This document shows positions 12,858 to 25,834 of a DNA stretch of 64,000 bases, one piece after another; within the stretch, counting starts at the first letter, position 1, and each line of letters begins with the position of its first letter. The DNA is taken from positions 20,770,001 through 20,834,000 of the forward strand of contig OX597818.1 of NCBI GenBank assembly GCA_951406725.2, given 5' to 3'. The translations under genes were made by a program, and so were the position numbers. A model generated the notes under the pieces. That model worked only from the letters and a program-made list of their open reading frames with translations, had not been told where the DNA came from and ran no database searches. This DNA comes from Octopus vulgaris (Eukaryota).

Positions 12858-14811
12858 TTTTTCTGTAAGTATGAGATCATGGAGAACCACACTAACTTTG
12901 AACGGTGACAATGAATCTCTAAATGCTGGTGATGTAAAAATTTCATGTGGCATTTTCCAGGGTGATTCACTATCACCACTCCTCTTCTGTTTAGCCTTAA
13001 TACCTCTCTCAAAACTGCTCAATGACGCGCAGTACGGATATAAAATGTTTGATAAAAATATAAATCATCTCATTTACATGGATGATTTAAAGCTCTTTGC
13101 AAAAAATGACCAACGACTCAAGGGCTTACTAGCGATTGTCAAACAATTCAGTGATGACATCAGAATGCAATTTGGCCTCGATAAGTGTGCAAAAGCTACC
13201 TTTATCAAAGGAAAAATGACAGAAACATCTAACGTTAACCTTGACCAGCAGAATGTCATAAAAGAATTAGACCCAGCGGAGAACTACAAGTATCTAGGGG
13301 TAATTGAAGGAGACGGAATAAGGCATTCAGAGATGAAGGAAAGGATCAGGAGAGAATGTTATCGCAGAGTTAAGAGCAATACTCAAGACAGAGCTGAATG
13401 CGAGAAACAGGATCGAAGCGACCAATGCATTAGCCATACCAGTCGTGACTTACAGTTTCAATATCGTTAACTGGTCAATTACTGAAATATGTAATCTTGA
13501 CAGAAAAATACGAAAACTGTTGACAATGCATAGAATGCAATATCCTAAGGCAGATACAGAACGACTTTATCTACCAAGAAAAGAGGGAGGCCGTGGACTT
13601 TTACAACTGGCAATAACAATGAAAATTGCTACAATTAGCCTTGACTCCTACCTGAAAAACTCTGAGGACTGGATGTTAAAACTTGTCTCAAAACATGAAA
13701 ACAAGAAAGCATCATACTCAGTAACAAAACAGGCAAAGGAATATCTAAGTGAATTCCGAATACAACAAATTTCGGAATTAGAGATAGACATACAAGAAAC
13801 AGGCACAGAAAAAGCTAAGCGCATGAAAACCCGTGCTAAATCTGCGGCCTTAGATATTCTGAATGATAAATGGCAAGAAAAACCTCTTTATGGCAAATAC
13901 CCAAAGAGAGCGAATAATGCAGATATTGACAAAGCCCTGACCCATCAATGGCTAATGGCCTCTGGCTTAAAATCTGAAACAGAGGGATTTATCATAGCAG
14001 CTCAAGATCAATGCCTACCAACAAGAAACTACCAGGCCAACATATTAAAGATCAGCAGCAGTCCAACGTCGTGTATGCCAGCAACAAAATGAAACCATTG
14101 ATCATGTGGTCTCCAAGTGCAGTCTTCTAGCGCCTACAGAGTATCTCAACAGGCACGATAGAGCTGCACAATATATTCACTGGGTAATCTGCAAAAACCT
14201 GGATTTGCCCCATGAAAAAAACTGGTGGGAACACAAACCACCCCCAGTGCTTGAAAATGACCACATCTCACTCCTCTGGAACTTCACCATTCAAACTGAT
14301 AGAAAGATAGATGCAAATAGGCCAGACATCATATTGAAAGACTTCAAACAAAGAACATGCCTCCTCATTGATATTACTGTCCCAATCGATATAAACATAT
14401 CTGTCAAGACCTACCAAAAACTGAGCAAATATAAAGATCTTGAAATAGAAATCAGCAAAATGTGGAACCTGAAGACTAAAACAATACCTGTTGTCATAGG
14501 TGCCCTGGGAATGATAGCAAAAGGGACTGATAGCTACCTAACTCAGATACCAGGAAACCCCAAAATGGCAGAAATTCAAAAGATAGTGCTCATGGGAACT
14601 GCTCATATCCTACGCAAAATACTTTCTATGTAATCTCAAGGTTTAAAACAAACATTTTTTTTTTAGACATCCACCAGTACAACACAAAAAACAACCAAAT
14701 ATATGGCACACTAGGCATAACAACAATGTGAACTTCCAACCTGTTGTCTTTTGAGGTCTCCGGGTGAGACTTGGAGTCAACTTGTACAAATATAAAGCAA
14801 AAGTCAAACAT
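12858..14811 (+). mobile_element. 5'-truncated R4/Dong-like non-LTR retrotransposon D (RT + CCHC + restriction-like endonuclease), two frameshifts
   Basis: RT motifs GIFQGDSLSPLLF, YMDDLKL, FGLDKC, YKYLG; RLYLPRKEGGRGL; C-RVC...H....C knuckle at ~14068-14123; RHD; RPDII...LIDITVP...KLSKY. Stop at 14633; the 3' UTR ends in (TAA)n. Frameshifts near 13372 and 14068. Confidence 0.93.
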
Positions 14812-14835
14812 ATAATAATAATAATAATAATAATA

Positions 14836-15312
14836 GTGTCATCATGTACATTGTTTTGTCTTGGTATAAAAGATGGGCTACGGCAAATATTCTGCTCAAT
14901 GCCACAGATTTGCTTGTCAGTTGTTTGACCTTAACCGGTTAACCATGTCCCTTAGTGGCTGGCGATATGTGCATCTCTGATCATGAGCAGAAGTAGTGGG
15001 GGAGCATCATAGCCATGTGTTGAGTGTGATTCTTTGGGGTTTGAATAATTCACCTATGGAAACATGGGTGTTTCGTTCAACATCCTTAAACAACCTTTAT
15101 TCAGGGACTTTTTGAGCGTGGTAGGTTACTCGACCAGAAGAAAATTCTAACTGGGCCCCACCTATAAGGTCATGTGCTGTTTATCTTGATATGAGATCAC
15201 CATGTTGCGCACATATGGTTTTGATGCATGCGCCAGACGGGTAGTCATGATGAGTATACTGGGCTTCGTCTATTTTACCCCAGTGTCACTTTGATGGCAT
15301 GCACTGCTCTCA
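14836..15312. repeat. Unclassified insertion bounded by (AAT)n
   Basis: A ~480-bp block of distinct composition with AAT tracts at both edges; no ORF recognised. Confidence 0.4.
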
Positions 15313-15335
15313 CATAATAATAATAATAGCAATAA

Positions 15336-15659
15336 GGTAACGACCCCCTTTAGGTCATGAATGACCATGGGATTGCACCTAGAAAATTACCCTCCAGGCA
15401 AGGTTGTTTATAGAAGATCTGTAGTTATCCATGCATACCAGCCTCCCCCCCCCTTCACCGATGCTATTCAAGGGAAAGGCAAAGGCTGATACAGCTTGGC
15501 ACCAATGATGTTACAACTCATCTCTACAGCTAAGTGAACTGGAACATCGTGAAATAGTGTCTTGTTCATGAACACAACACACAGCCCGGTCCGGGAATCG
15601 AACTCACTACCTCAAGATTGTGAACCCGACGCCCTAACCACTGAGCTATGCAACTTCAT
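15336..15659 (-). mobile_element. tRNA-derived SINE (family-2-like)
   Basis: Reverse complement starts gcatagctcagtggttagggcgtcgggttcacaatcttgaggtagtgagttcgattcccggaccggg (A and B boxes). Confidence 0.75.
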
Positions 15660-16178
15660 AATAATAATATCAATGTATTATAAAAATAATAAATTAAAAA
15701 TATAAATCATAAGAAATGGGTGAATTTAATCAAGGCAATATGGGAATTATAAGGGAAAACAGAGGATTGCAAAGTGTATAGCGACTGCAGGGAAGTAAAA
15801 TAATGGTTAAAACAGAAGAGAGGAAATAGAGATAGGAAATTATCTGTAGTGCTATGTATACAATGACAGAGTGTAAGGTTACAAAATAGAGTATGTGATT
15901 GTTGAGTGCTGACCCATTTAATTAAGTGATGGTGTGATATTCCAGGGTTTTTTTGTTTGTTTTTTAGGAGGTTCTTACCGAAACACAGAAAAATTTTTTT
16001 CCAAAAGTTGCCATTTGAAAAGTACCTCGTAAAAACATCTGAAATATCGCACCAGCACATGGTTAAATGGATCGATCACAAACGCAACGAAAGAGATCGG
16101 ATAAAAATGAGACGACCAGTATTAGCCTAGCTCTGCTGCTATGCAACGTAGCCTGTGGCTCGACAAAATATTAATATA

Positions 16179-16378
16179 CAGGCTTGGCCAAAAGTCACCT
16201 GACAGTAAATCAAAACCATTTAATTCCAAGATTTTATTTTTAACAACTGAATGAATTTAATAAAAGCAAACTGAAGTCCTTCTTGAGCGACATCATTTTT
16301 CCAAATGGATAAATAAAATTGAATATTAAGTATTTATGGAATTTTGAATTACTGTCGGATGACTTTTGGCCAACCCTG
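16179..16378. mobile_element. 200-bp Tc1/mariner MITE with TA target duplication
   Basis: ta|caggcttggccaaaagtcacctgacagtaa ... ttactgtcggatgacttttggccaaccctg|ta. Confidence 0.88.
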
Positions 16379-16395
16379 TATAATATATTTATCTA

Positions 16396-16765
16396 AGGCT
16401 GGCAGAAACGTTAGCGTGCCGGGCGAAATGCTTAGCGGTATTTCGTCTGTCTTTACGTTCTGAGTTCAAATTCCACCGAGGTCGACTTTGCCTTTCATCC
16501 TTTCGGAGTCGATCTAATCGATGGGCCCCCTCCCCCAAAATTTCGGGCCTTGTGCCTAGAGCAGAAAAGAATCGTTAGCACAACGGGCAAAATGCTTGGA
16601 CGCATTTCTTCTGTCTGTACGTTCTGAGTTCAAATTCTGCCAAGGTCGACTTCGCATTTCATCCTTTTGGGGTCGATAAAGTAACCAGTTGTGCACTGGG
16701 GTCGATGTAATCAACTTAACACCTCTCCCGAAAATGCTAGATTTGACCCAAACTTTGAAACCAAT
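16396..16765 (+). mobile_element. Family-1 SINE dimer
   Basis: Two successive gttctgagttcaaatt...gtcgacttt/cgc.tttcatcc units. Confidence 0.8.
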
Positions 16766-17623
16766 GTAATATATGTATCTATGTGGATAGGGGGGCGTGT
16801 AACAATGTTTCTATTTTCAACAAGTGATTTATAACAATGTCATTCCTGCACGGAAGCCTATTTTCGTCTTCCACTAACGCATTTTTTTCCTTTGATAATT
16901 TGAAATGTAATGTACAGTATGCTTACTTTTTATTTACATAAACGTGTGACTTTAGCCTTACTGTGAAAAGTAAGCAAACTGGTTACACCACATCTCTTGC
17001 GCCAATGAGCCGAATGTGTTTAGAGCACATGGTAATCGTAAAAGGGTGATGTTATCCTCGTAAGACATGCACAACAGTGATTAGCATATTTTGCGTTCGA
17101 ATCTGCCGGAACATGTTAAGAATAAGTATGCAAATCATCGTCTCAGACCTCGCTGTACACAGAACAAATACTGATTACAGGTGTGTGTGTGTGTGCGTAT
17201 ACACACATACATATATACGTGTGTGTGAATATATATATATAGGTAACTTTTTTGTCACTATAACATGGCTGTTCCGTAAAGAACTATGTTACTACATTTT
17301 AATCCCAAGAAAAGGTCTTTTCCACCTGGTTAACGACACAACCTCTGTCTGATATATTATGAGTAAGGCAGCAAATCCCCCACCCCACCCCGCCTAGCTT
17401 GGCAAGACTAGTGGATCATGGTTTCTGGGTCTTTACCCGTCACCGGTACTGGGGACCTGCCTGCTCTAGCATCGCTAGATGGCAGACAATTGTCCCTCCT
17501 CACAATATATAAAAAGACAGGCGGCAGATAGCCGCTGATCTCGTAACGAGCAAAGTAGCTAGTTCTAAAATCTCTAAACTAGATATAAATAGTAACAATA
17601 TTCGCATTATTTTGCCGCTATAT

Positions 17624-17659
<36 letters not shown>

Positions 17660-17664
<5 letters not shown>

Positions 17665-17863
17665 TGACCGCGTGTCTATCGTTGGCGATTTTTTCCCTCC
17701 GTCTTCCCTTCCTTGGATCTTTCCTACTCCTATGTTTCTGACGAAGAACTCCGCTCGAAACGTTAAATCCTCCTTCCTTTCCTGAGCGTCCAATAACACT
17801 ATACTTGTTCCACATCCTCTCGTTGTTGTGTTTTCTCTTTGTGTTTTCATGTTTGGATTAACT

Positions 17864-17866
<3 letters not shown>
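17660..17866 (+). mobile_element. Family-A short repeat with intact hammerhead core, sense to FAM20C intron 1
   Basis: 17734-17768 gttt CTGACGA a gaac tcc gctc GAAA cgt t aaat. Confidence 0.7.
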
Positions 17867-17917
<51 letters not shown>

Positions 17918-19192
17918 CGTACCGTATGTATGTATGCATACTTATATTCACGCCTGTTTGTGTACCTACATATTGTTTTGTTTTATCTTGTAATACAAAA
18001 ACGTGACGATGTTTAACACAATTTTATGATCAATGTGTGTAAATTTTGATAGCTGTTTGTCAAAATTGAGATACACAAGATTATAAATTTGTTCTTTGGT
18101 TTCGTTTAATCGAACTTTTGGGCGATTGTACACATCATCAGACTGAGAAAAGATGAATGATCATGACAGAATGGTTTTTCAATTGCGTACCTGTATCAAC
18201 ATATTAGTTTCTTGGCTTCTGACGTATATTCCTATTCATCACGCGACAGATGGTCCCGTTTTAAAATTCAAGGGATCTGGATACATATGAAATTTCAAAC
18301 ACAACAGCCTGTTGCATGATGAATCACAAATCAATGTAATTTAAATCATTCAGTCAACATCATTTATTATTTCTCGAACTGTATAGTCGACCAAAAGACT
18401 CGTAGTAGGAAAAATACCTCAGATTATTTACATGGTTACATGGTTATGAAAATTGCCTTTCAAACATATGGTTACGTGTTCGATTCCACCGTGCAAGAAT
18501 TTTTTTTTTTTTTTTTGGCAGTGATTTCTGCAATACTCTCGTATTGATCAGCACCTGAAGTGGAATTTGGAAGGGAACTGTTCGGAAGCTTGTTATATAT
18601 ACATAAATACATACACACTCTACTTGGTTGCACCTTGTGCAAGTGTCTTTTACTATAGCTTTTGGCCGACCGATGCCACTAAAGTGGATTTGATAAGTGG
18701 CAACTAAGTAGGAGAATCCCATTTTATCTGTGTTTATGTGCATTTATTTGTTTGTCGTTCTCCCTCTCCACCCCCATTGCTTGGCAGCCCTTTGCTGTTT
18801 CTTTGCGTTCTCGAATGAGGATATTCATCAAAATATTTCAATACAGTGAGTTTCAGACTTTAAAAGAAATTACTATTGGGATCGATTTGATCAACTAAGT
18901 CTGTTAACCTCTTAACATACACATCTAAAAAAATTTCCATGCAAAAAGTATCATATTCTTTACTATCAATTTTGAATCTGTGTATAAGGGAAAATAAGTA
19001 CACAAATTATTATTTGGGATCAGTTATGATTTATTATGAAGTTACTGATAGAAAACGGGAATAACATCATGAACGAAGTATTTCGGGCTAGAAATAAGTG
19101 ACAGATATCTCAGAGTACAGTGAATGTATATTTTCGTTCAAATATATATATTTACCAGACATCTCTGAGCGTAAATTTTTTTTCGCTCTTTT

Positions 19193-19486
19193 GAAGCCTA
19201 GCCAGGCTCATGGGCCCGGTTTCCTGGTTTCTGTGGCGTATGTGTTCCCTCCAGCTGGACGGGACGCCAATCTATCGCAGCGTTACTCAAGAAATAGGAA
19301 GAGCGATTGAGAGAAAGTTGTGGCGAAAGAGTACAACAGGGGCCGTCACCACCCCCTGCCGGAGCTCGTGGAGCTTTTAGGTGTTTTCGCTCAATAAACA
19401 CACACAACACCCGGTCTGGGAATCGAAACTGCGATCCTCCGACCGCGAGTCCACTGCCCTAACCACTGGGCCATTGCGCCTCCACT
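19193..19486 (-). mobile_element. tRNA-derived SINE (family 2)
   Basis: Reverse complement ggcgcaatggcccagtggttagggcagtggactcgcggtcggaggatcgcagtttcgattcccagaccggg; a near-identical head is at 30561 (+). Confidence 0.85.
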
Positions 19487-19647
19487 CTAAGCGTAAATAT
19501 ATTGAATAAGTTAAAAAGTTAAGACGGTGCTTTAGCTTGCCCACAGTCTAATGTATTTTCGTTTTTTCGCATCGTCAGCTACGAACACTAAGTCTGTCTT
19601 TCACAGCTCGAAAAGAACAATTCCTTTTTATATTAGAACAACAAACA

Positions 19648-20880
19648 AGGCACCGAACTGGCAGAATCGTTACAGTACCGAACAAAATGCTTAACCCATT
19701 TCTTCAGGCTTTACGTTCTGAGTTCGAAATCTGCCGAGGTCGACATTGCATTTCATCCTTTCGGGCTCGATAAAAGAAATAAAGTTTGGTGCTGGGGTCG
19801 ATGTAATCAGGCCTTATACCTATAATAGAAAGAGCAATTAAGGCGGCGAACCGGTAGAGCGTCAGACAAAATGCTTAGCGGCATTTCTTTCAGCTATTTC
19901 TGTTTTTAGAGTTCAATTACCGCTGACATCAACTTTCTTTGCTTTGCATCCTTTCGGGGTCGATAAAATAAGTACCAGTTGAGCACTGGGATTGATGTAA
20001 TTGACTTAACCCCTCCCCTCAAAATTGTTGGCCTTGGACCAAAAGTTACAATGATTTATTATGGAGGCAGCGCGCTGGCAAAATTGTTAGCGCATCGGAT
20101 AAAATAGTTAGCGACATTTCTTCCTAAGTTCAAATCCTGTCAAGGTTAATTTTGCCTTTCATCCTTTCGGAGTCGATAAGATAAAGTGCTGGAGTCAATG
20201 TAATCAACTTGTTACTCACTGGCCTTGTTCAAAAATTTGACAAATATAGTAATTCTTTCTAATGTTTGGAATAAGGCTAGCAAATTTGAGTGAAGGGGGA
20301 GGTTGATTACATCGACTCTAATACCTGATTGATACAGATTCTAAAAAAAAACAGAAAGGATGAAGGGAAAATCGACTTTGGCTAAATTTGAACGCAGAGC
20401 GTAATGAGTCGAAAGAAATACGACGAAGAATTTTGTCTGACGCGCTAACGATTCTACCAGCTTGCCGTCCTTGGAACTATTAAGGCATCGAGCTAGCAGA
20501 TTTGTTAGCACTCCGAGAAAATGCTTAGCGGCATTTTGTCCGTTTTTACGTTCTCAATTCAAATTCCGCCGAGTTTGACTTTGCCTTTCGTCCTTACGGG
20601 TGTGATAAAATAAATACCGTTGAACACTGGAGTCGATGTAATCGATTTGTCACCTCCCTGAAATTGCTGGCCATATGCCAAAATTTGAAGCCATTATTAA
20701 TCCTTACTATAGGAACAAGACCTGAACTTTGAATGGAAGGGAGCTAATCGATTGCATGACCCCCGAATGGACGAAAAGCAAAGTCGATCTCGTCCGAATT
20801 CGAACCCAAAACGTAAAGCTGAAAGAAATACAGCTGGGTACATTGTCCGGGGAGCTAACGATTCTGCCAGTTCGCCGCCC
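19648..20880. mobile_element. Cluster of about six family-1 SINE copies in mixed orientation
   Basis: Recurring ctggcagaatcgtta.../gagttc.aa/tttcatcctttcgg.gtcgataa motifs at ~19650, 19840, 20065 and 20485 (+), and ~20300-20470 and 20700-20880 (-). Confidence 0.75.
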
Positions 20881-20939
20881 GTTGGAATAAAATCACAGAA
20901 TCTGTAAGTGTTGGACAAGAGGCTTTGAAATAGCCCACG

Positions 20940-21229
20940 CTCCTGCTCCAGAGCGTGGGCTGCGGGGTCACTCCGAAAAGCTCTATCTACGACGATTTCA
21001 TCTCAATCGAAGGAGAGGGGCTTTCTCCGTCCGGGTTGCAGATCCGTGGAATACGCTGCCGGACGAGATAGTGAAGATGCCGACGACCGCTCGGTTCAAA
21101 GTCTCTCTTGACCAGAAATGGCCTGCACTCTTTGTATGACCACCCTCCCTGTACATAACTCCCTGTCCCCCTACATGGCCTTGCTTTTGCTTTTTGAGCC
21201 AATAAAAATTGAATTGAATTGAAAAAAAA
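20940..21229 (+). mobile_element. CR1-clade LINE 3' end
   Basis: Encodes LRGHSEKLYLRRFHLNRRRGAFSVRVADPWNTLPDEIVKMPTTARFKVSLDQKW (RGH..KL and FS.RV...WN.LP motifs). Ends aataaaa(attga)n. Confidence 0.82.
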
Positions 21230-21394
21230 ATGTCTCTACCTTTCGGTTCAAATCCCACTGATGTCGGTAAAATATGAAGCTGTTAAGTTGGGTCGTTTTA
21301 AACGATTTTACAACTTCCAACCGAAATGCGTGGCTTTGTGCTAATATCTAAAAAGAAACAAAAACATCTGTAATATTATTTGCCATATGAAAAC

Positions 21395-22020
21395 GGCGAA
21401 CTGGCCGAATTGTTAGCCTGCCAGGCTAAACGCTTAGCAGCATTTCGTCTGTCTTTACGCTCTGAGTTCAAGTTTGCCTAGGTCAACTTTGCCTTTTATC
21501 CTTTCGATAAAAATAAGTACCAGTTGAGTACTGGGGGTCAATGTAATCAACTGATCCCCTCCCCCGAAACTGTTGACCTTGTGCTAGAATTTGAAACCAA
21601 TATTATTTGCCATATCTTTAGGCGGCGAGCTGGCAGAACCGTTAGCACGTCGGGCGAAATGCTTAGCCGTATTTCGTCTGCTGTTACGTTGTGAGTTCAA
21701 ATTCCGCCGAGGTCGACTTTGCCTTTCATCCTTTCGGGGTCGATAAATTAAGTACCAGTTACGCCCTGGGGTCGATGTAACCGACTTAATCCGTTTGTCT
21801 GTCCTTGTTTGTCCTCTCTGTATTTAGCCCCTTGTGGGTAGTAAAGAAATAGGTATTTCGTCTGCCGCTACGTTCTGAGTTCAAATGCTGCCGGGGTCGA
21901 CTTTGCCTTTTCATCCTTTCGGCGTCGATAAATTAAGTACCAGTTACACACTGGGGTCGATGTAATCGACTCATCCCCTTCCCCCAAATTTCAAGCCTTC
22001 TGCTTATAGTAGAAAGGATT
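21395..22020 (+). mobile_element. Family-1 SINE copies (one monomer plus a dimer)
   Basis: Well-preserved head ggcggcgagctggcagaaccgttagcacgtcggg at 21621; the internal unit repeats at ~21852. Confidence 0.85.
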
Positions 22021-22954
22021 ATTTGCCATATGTTTTCTGCTTTATATTATAAACACACATCTGAAAATGTCGATTAGGATACAATGTTCCCTCGAATGTG
22101 TAATTTCATTAAATACTGAAAATTCATATCTATGTGCGGTTGTATATCCACACATATACACAGGTGCTCATTTATACACACACACACACACACACACACA
22201 TAAACTCAGACAAACGAATATACACAAACAAACATAGACATATGTATGCGTCTACTTGTATATATGTATATATAAAATTGCATATATGTGTGTATTTATA
22301 TATATATATATAATATATATGATGTATAATAGACACCCATAGAGACGTACAAATATATATATATATTAATCCATACATGCAGACATTGGTCCAAGTGCTT
22401 ATGTGTGGTTGTGTGTCAGTGTACTTCTGCATGTCTGTGTGTGTATGTGTGTGGGAGAGAAGAGAGAGAGAGAGAGAGAGAGTATGTATGTGGGTACGTG
22501 CGTGAGTATATGTGTGCATGGGTACGTGTATGCGTGCGTGTTTGTGAGTGCGTGCGTATGTGTGTATGTTTAGCGTCAGATGTTCCAAAGCTAAGAAGTG
22601 GGGGACAGACTGACTGATGCAATGAAGGTTAAGGGGGAATATTTTGAGAAACTGGTATCCCTAATTAGCATATTGAAATTGACAGGCTGTATAATTAACC
22701 GGTTTAATTTGCAGGTGTACAAATTGTTGTGTATATGTACGTAGATATAACAGACGAATGCGTGTGCACACCCTTGAGAAAATGTCTGTGACCCTAAGCA
22801 ATATGGGACTACGTAATTAGCTAACGAGAATGCGTAGCCCTCTATATAACAGAATCTGTGTATGTATGTATGTATATGTGTGCGTGTGTGTGTATACGTA
22901 TGAGGGGAAGAATTACGTACATGTATATATATATATATATGTGTGTGTGTGTAA

Positions 22955-23033
<79 letters not shown>

Positions 23034-23320
23034 GTATGATATATAATATATTTATACATATATAAAAACTATATATATAAACGCACACACGGTGCGCGTG
23101 CGCGCAGAGAGATTTTCTCCTTTGGCTGACATGAAAAGCCAAGGGCAAAACTTAGAGTAAACTGTCAACTTTTCATATAATTTAGATATACATACATACA
23201 TACATACATACATGCATGCATGCATACATACATACATACATACATACATACATACATACATACAAACATGCATGCATGCATACATACATACATACATACA
23301 TACATACATACATACATACA

Positions 23321-23354
<34 letters not shown>

Positions 23355-23359
23355 CATAC

Positions 23360-24930
23360 ATATATAAGATGGTGCTTTTTGTAGTTACTGAGTCGTTTTG
23401 ACTGTTATTTCTAGCAATACTGGTACTGTTTATTGCTCTTGTTCACTTTAGTGACGTATTTACTTCTGCCTTTAGGTTGTAAAATTGCGAATTAGCCACC
23501 CCATATTATTTATAATTCTCACACTACCGTATATGAAATCAGCATATGATTTCAACGGAGATCTTATAAGCTGACAAGACGAGATGAGTTTAACCCTAGG
23601 CGCAGTGAGAGCAACTGATGAGCATTAGAATGCGAAATCATTGGTGTTCTCCGACCATAGGGGGCTTGTCTTCCTTTCAGCTTATTAAGAGAGTGCTTTT
23701 AGTGGTTACTGAGTTGTTTCGACTGTTATTTCTAGGAATACTGGTGATGATTAGTGCCCTTGTACACTTTAGTGACGTATGTATTTCTGCTTTTAGGTTG
23801 ACAGCTTTAATTTTCAAAATTTCTGATCTAAGCGTCTTAATATGTTTTCAGCGGTATAGAATTTACAATGTAATTATTCTTTTTCATTCCAGGTGTCATT
23901 ATATTAAACATTTGCGAAGAGTAACCATGCCACGCACAAAAAATTCAGCAGAACTGTCAGTTTTTCAATGAGATCGTATTGTTGGGAAATCTGAGGCTGG
24001 TTTTAGTCAGCAAAAAATTGCCAAAAATTTTCTAATTCCTCTTGCTACTGTTAATAGAATTATAGTGCAATTCAAAAGCCAAGGGAAAGAATCAACAGAT
24101 TCTCGTCCCGGCCGACCTGGGCCCTGGGAACGGAAGCTTCGCTGTTTGAAGAGAATTGTGGAAAACGAACCCCGTTCGAAGGCTTCTGACATTGCGAAAC
24201 AGTTGTAAGTTAATCCAAGAACGTGTCTCACATATCTGCATAAGCTTGGGTATTATGGACGAGCCGCTAGAAGAAAACCTCTCCTTCAACCAATTAATAT
24301 CATGAAAAGAAAGAAATGGGCTAAAGCGATGTCAGAAAAATCCAGTTCATTCTGGGATTGAGTGATTTTCTCAGATGAATCCAGATTTGCATTATTTTCA
24401 GACAGTGAACATGTTTGGATCTGGAGGCTTCACAATCAAGAATTTGATTTGAAACGACTCCAACTAATTGTGAAACATGGCGGTATCTATGTAATGGTAT
24501 GGGGAGCTGTCACCAGCAATGGTCATTCTGAGTCGCTCTGAAAAATACATCGAAATACTTAAGCAAGTACTACTTCCGATGTATACACACGATAACATAG
24601 CGAAAAATGAGTTTTTATTCATGGAAGATGGGGCTCCATGCCACACAGCGAAAAGGAATCAACAATGGCTGACTGAAAATGAGATCAAAAAGCTTCCTTG
24701 GCCGAGCCAATCTACTGACATGAACCCAATTGAAAATCTTTGGAGCATACTAGATAGAGCTATACGAAAAACTCGACAGAAACCTAAATCTAAAGATGAA
24801 TTGTTTCGATTGTTGTGTGAAGTGAAAAGTGGGCAGAAATTCCACAAGAGACAAACACAAAGCTCATCAGTTTAATACCAAAAAAATTCTGAATTAAAAA
24901 CTGCTTAGGGAATGTCAACTAAATACTAAA
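23360..24930 (+). mobile_element. Decayed Tc1-like DNA transposon (pseudo-transposase ~23927-24930)
   Basis: MPRTKNSAELSVFQ*DRIVG, RPGRP, ARRKPLL, VIFSDESRF, FMEDGAPCH, WPSQSTDMNPIENLW (Tc1 DDE triad), with several stops and frameshifts. Element ends are uncertain. Confidence 0.88.
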
Positions 24931-25172
24931 GTATGTAGTCCTACCTATCGATTACGTTTCAACTGTTCGCTTTGCGTATTAAATAAAAGATTTTGAAAAT
25001 TAAAGGTGTATATTTACTTCCTGCATGTCTGTGTACACTAGACAACCCGTGACCCGTTGGAAAGTCTGAGTTTTCCAGCAAAGGAGTTTTCTTTTCCAAG
25101 TTATTTCGCATGCTTCCAACGAATCTGACATCGAAATCACGCGTAAACGGCTCTTTTCCCCCCAAAAAAAGG

Positions 25173-25289
25173 AAAATTTGGCTGCTATTTCTTGCAAGCC
25201 CTGCTACCACGTAACAGGTATTTCGGATCCTTTATCGCAGATAGCTGTTACGTGGTAGCAGGGCGTGCTCGAAATAGCAGCCAAATTTT
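25173..25289. repeat. GC-rich palindrome (~46-bp arms)
   Basis: aaaatttggctgctatttc...gccctgctaccacgtaacag / ctgttacgtggtagcagggc...gaaatagcagccaaatttt. Confidence 0.9.
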
Positions 25290-25428
25290 TGGAGCTGAGA
25301 TACGTTGAATGCAGTCGAAACATTTTTTGTAATGGTATTCTCTTGGGGCGATCTTTCGCTTTGACTTTCAGAACTGTGTTCCTGATCAGCTAGCTTTGTC
25401 CGTTAATTTCCGTAAAATTTTTTAGCTA

Positions 25429-25834
25429 TTTACTTTTGTTATAAAGTGAAACAGAGGAGAAAGTGAAAGAAGTATGAACGTGTATATGAAATGGATGTGT
25501 GTGAAAGAGAGAGAGACACACACAGACAGACAGAGACAAAGAGAGTGGCACTTACACATCCATGAGAACACACACGTTCACTCACTCACTCACTCACTCA
25601 CTCACTCTCTCTCTCATACACACACACATGCACACGTACATACATAAAAGATGTACACATATGTATTGATGTATGTACGTATACATGACAACACTGCCCT
25701 TCACTCATTCTTTCTCTTTTCTCTGTCTTTCTCTTTGTCTCTCTCTCTCTTTCACACACACACACGTCCATTTCATATACACGTACATACATCTTTCACT
25801 TTCTCCTCTCTTTCACTTTAAAAACAAAAGTAAA
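25429..25834. repeat. Inverted repeat with ~90-bp arms around a microsatellite-rich spacer
   Basis: tttacttttgtt.taaagtgaaa.agaggagaaagtgaaaga...cgtgtatatgaaatgga (25429-25520) has its reverse complement at 25737-25834. Confidence 0.8.

Noticed and set aside
19410-19486. tRNA genes (also at 30561 and 15590)
   Set aside because: The A/B-box heads run directly into shared SINE bodies and do not form a convincing acceptor stem, so they are tRNA-derived SINEs.
24519-24875. Intact or domesticated transposase gene
   Set aside because: It is a fragment of a Tc1 relic with upstream stops and frameshifts.
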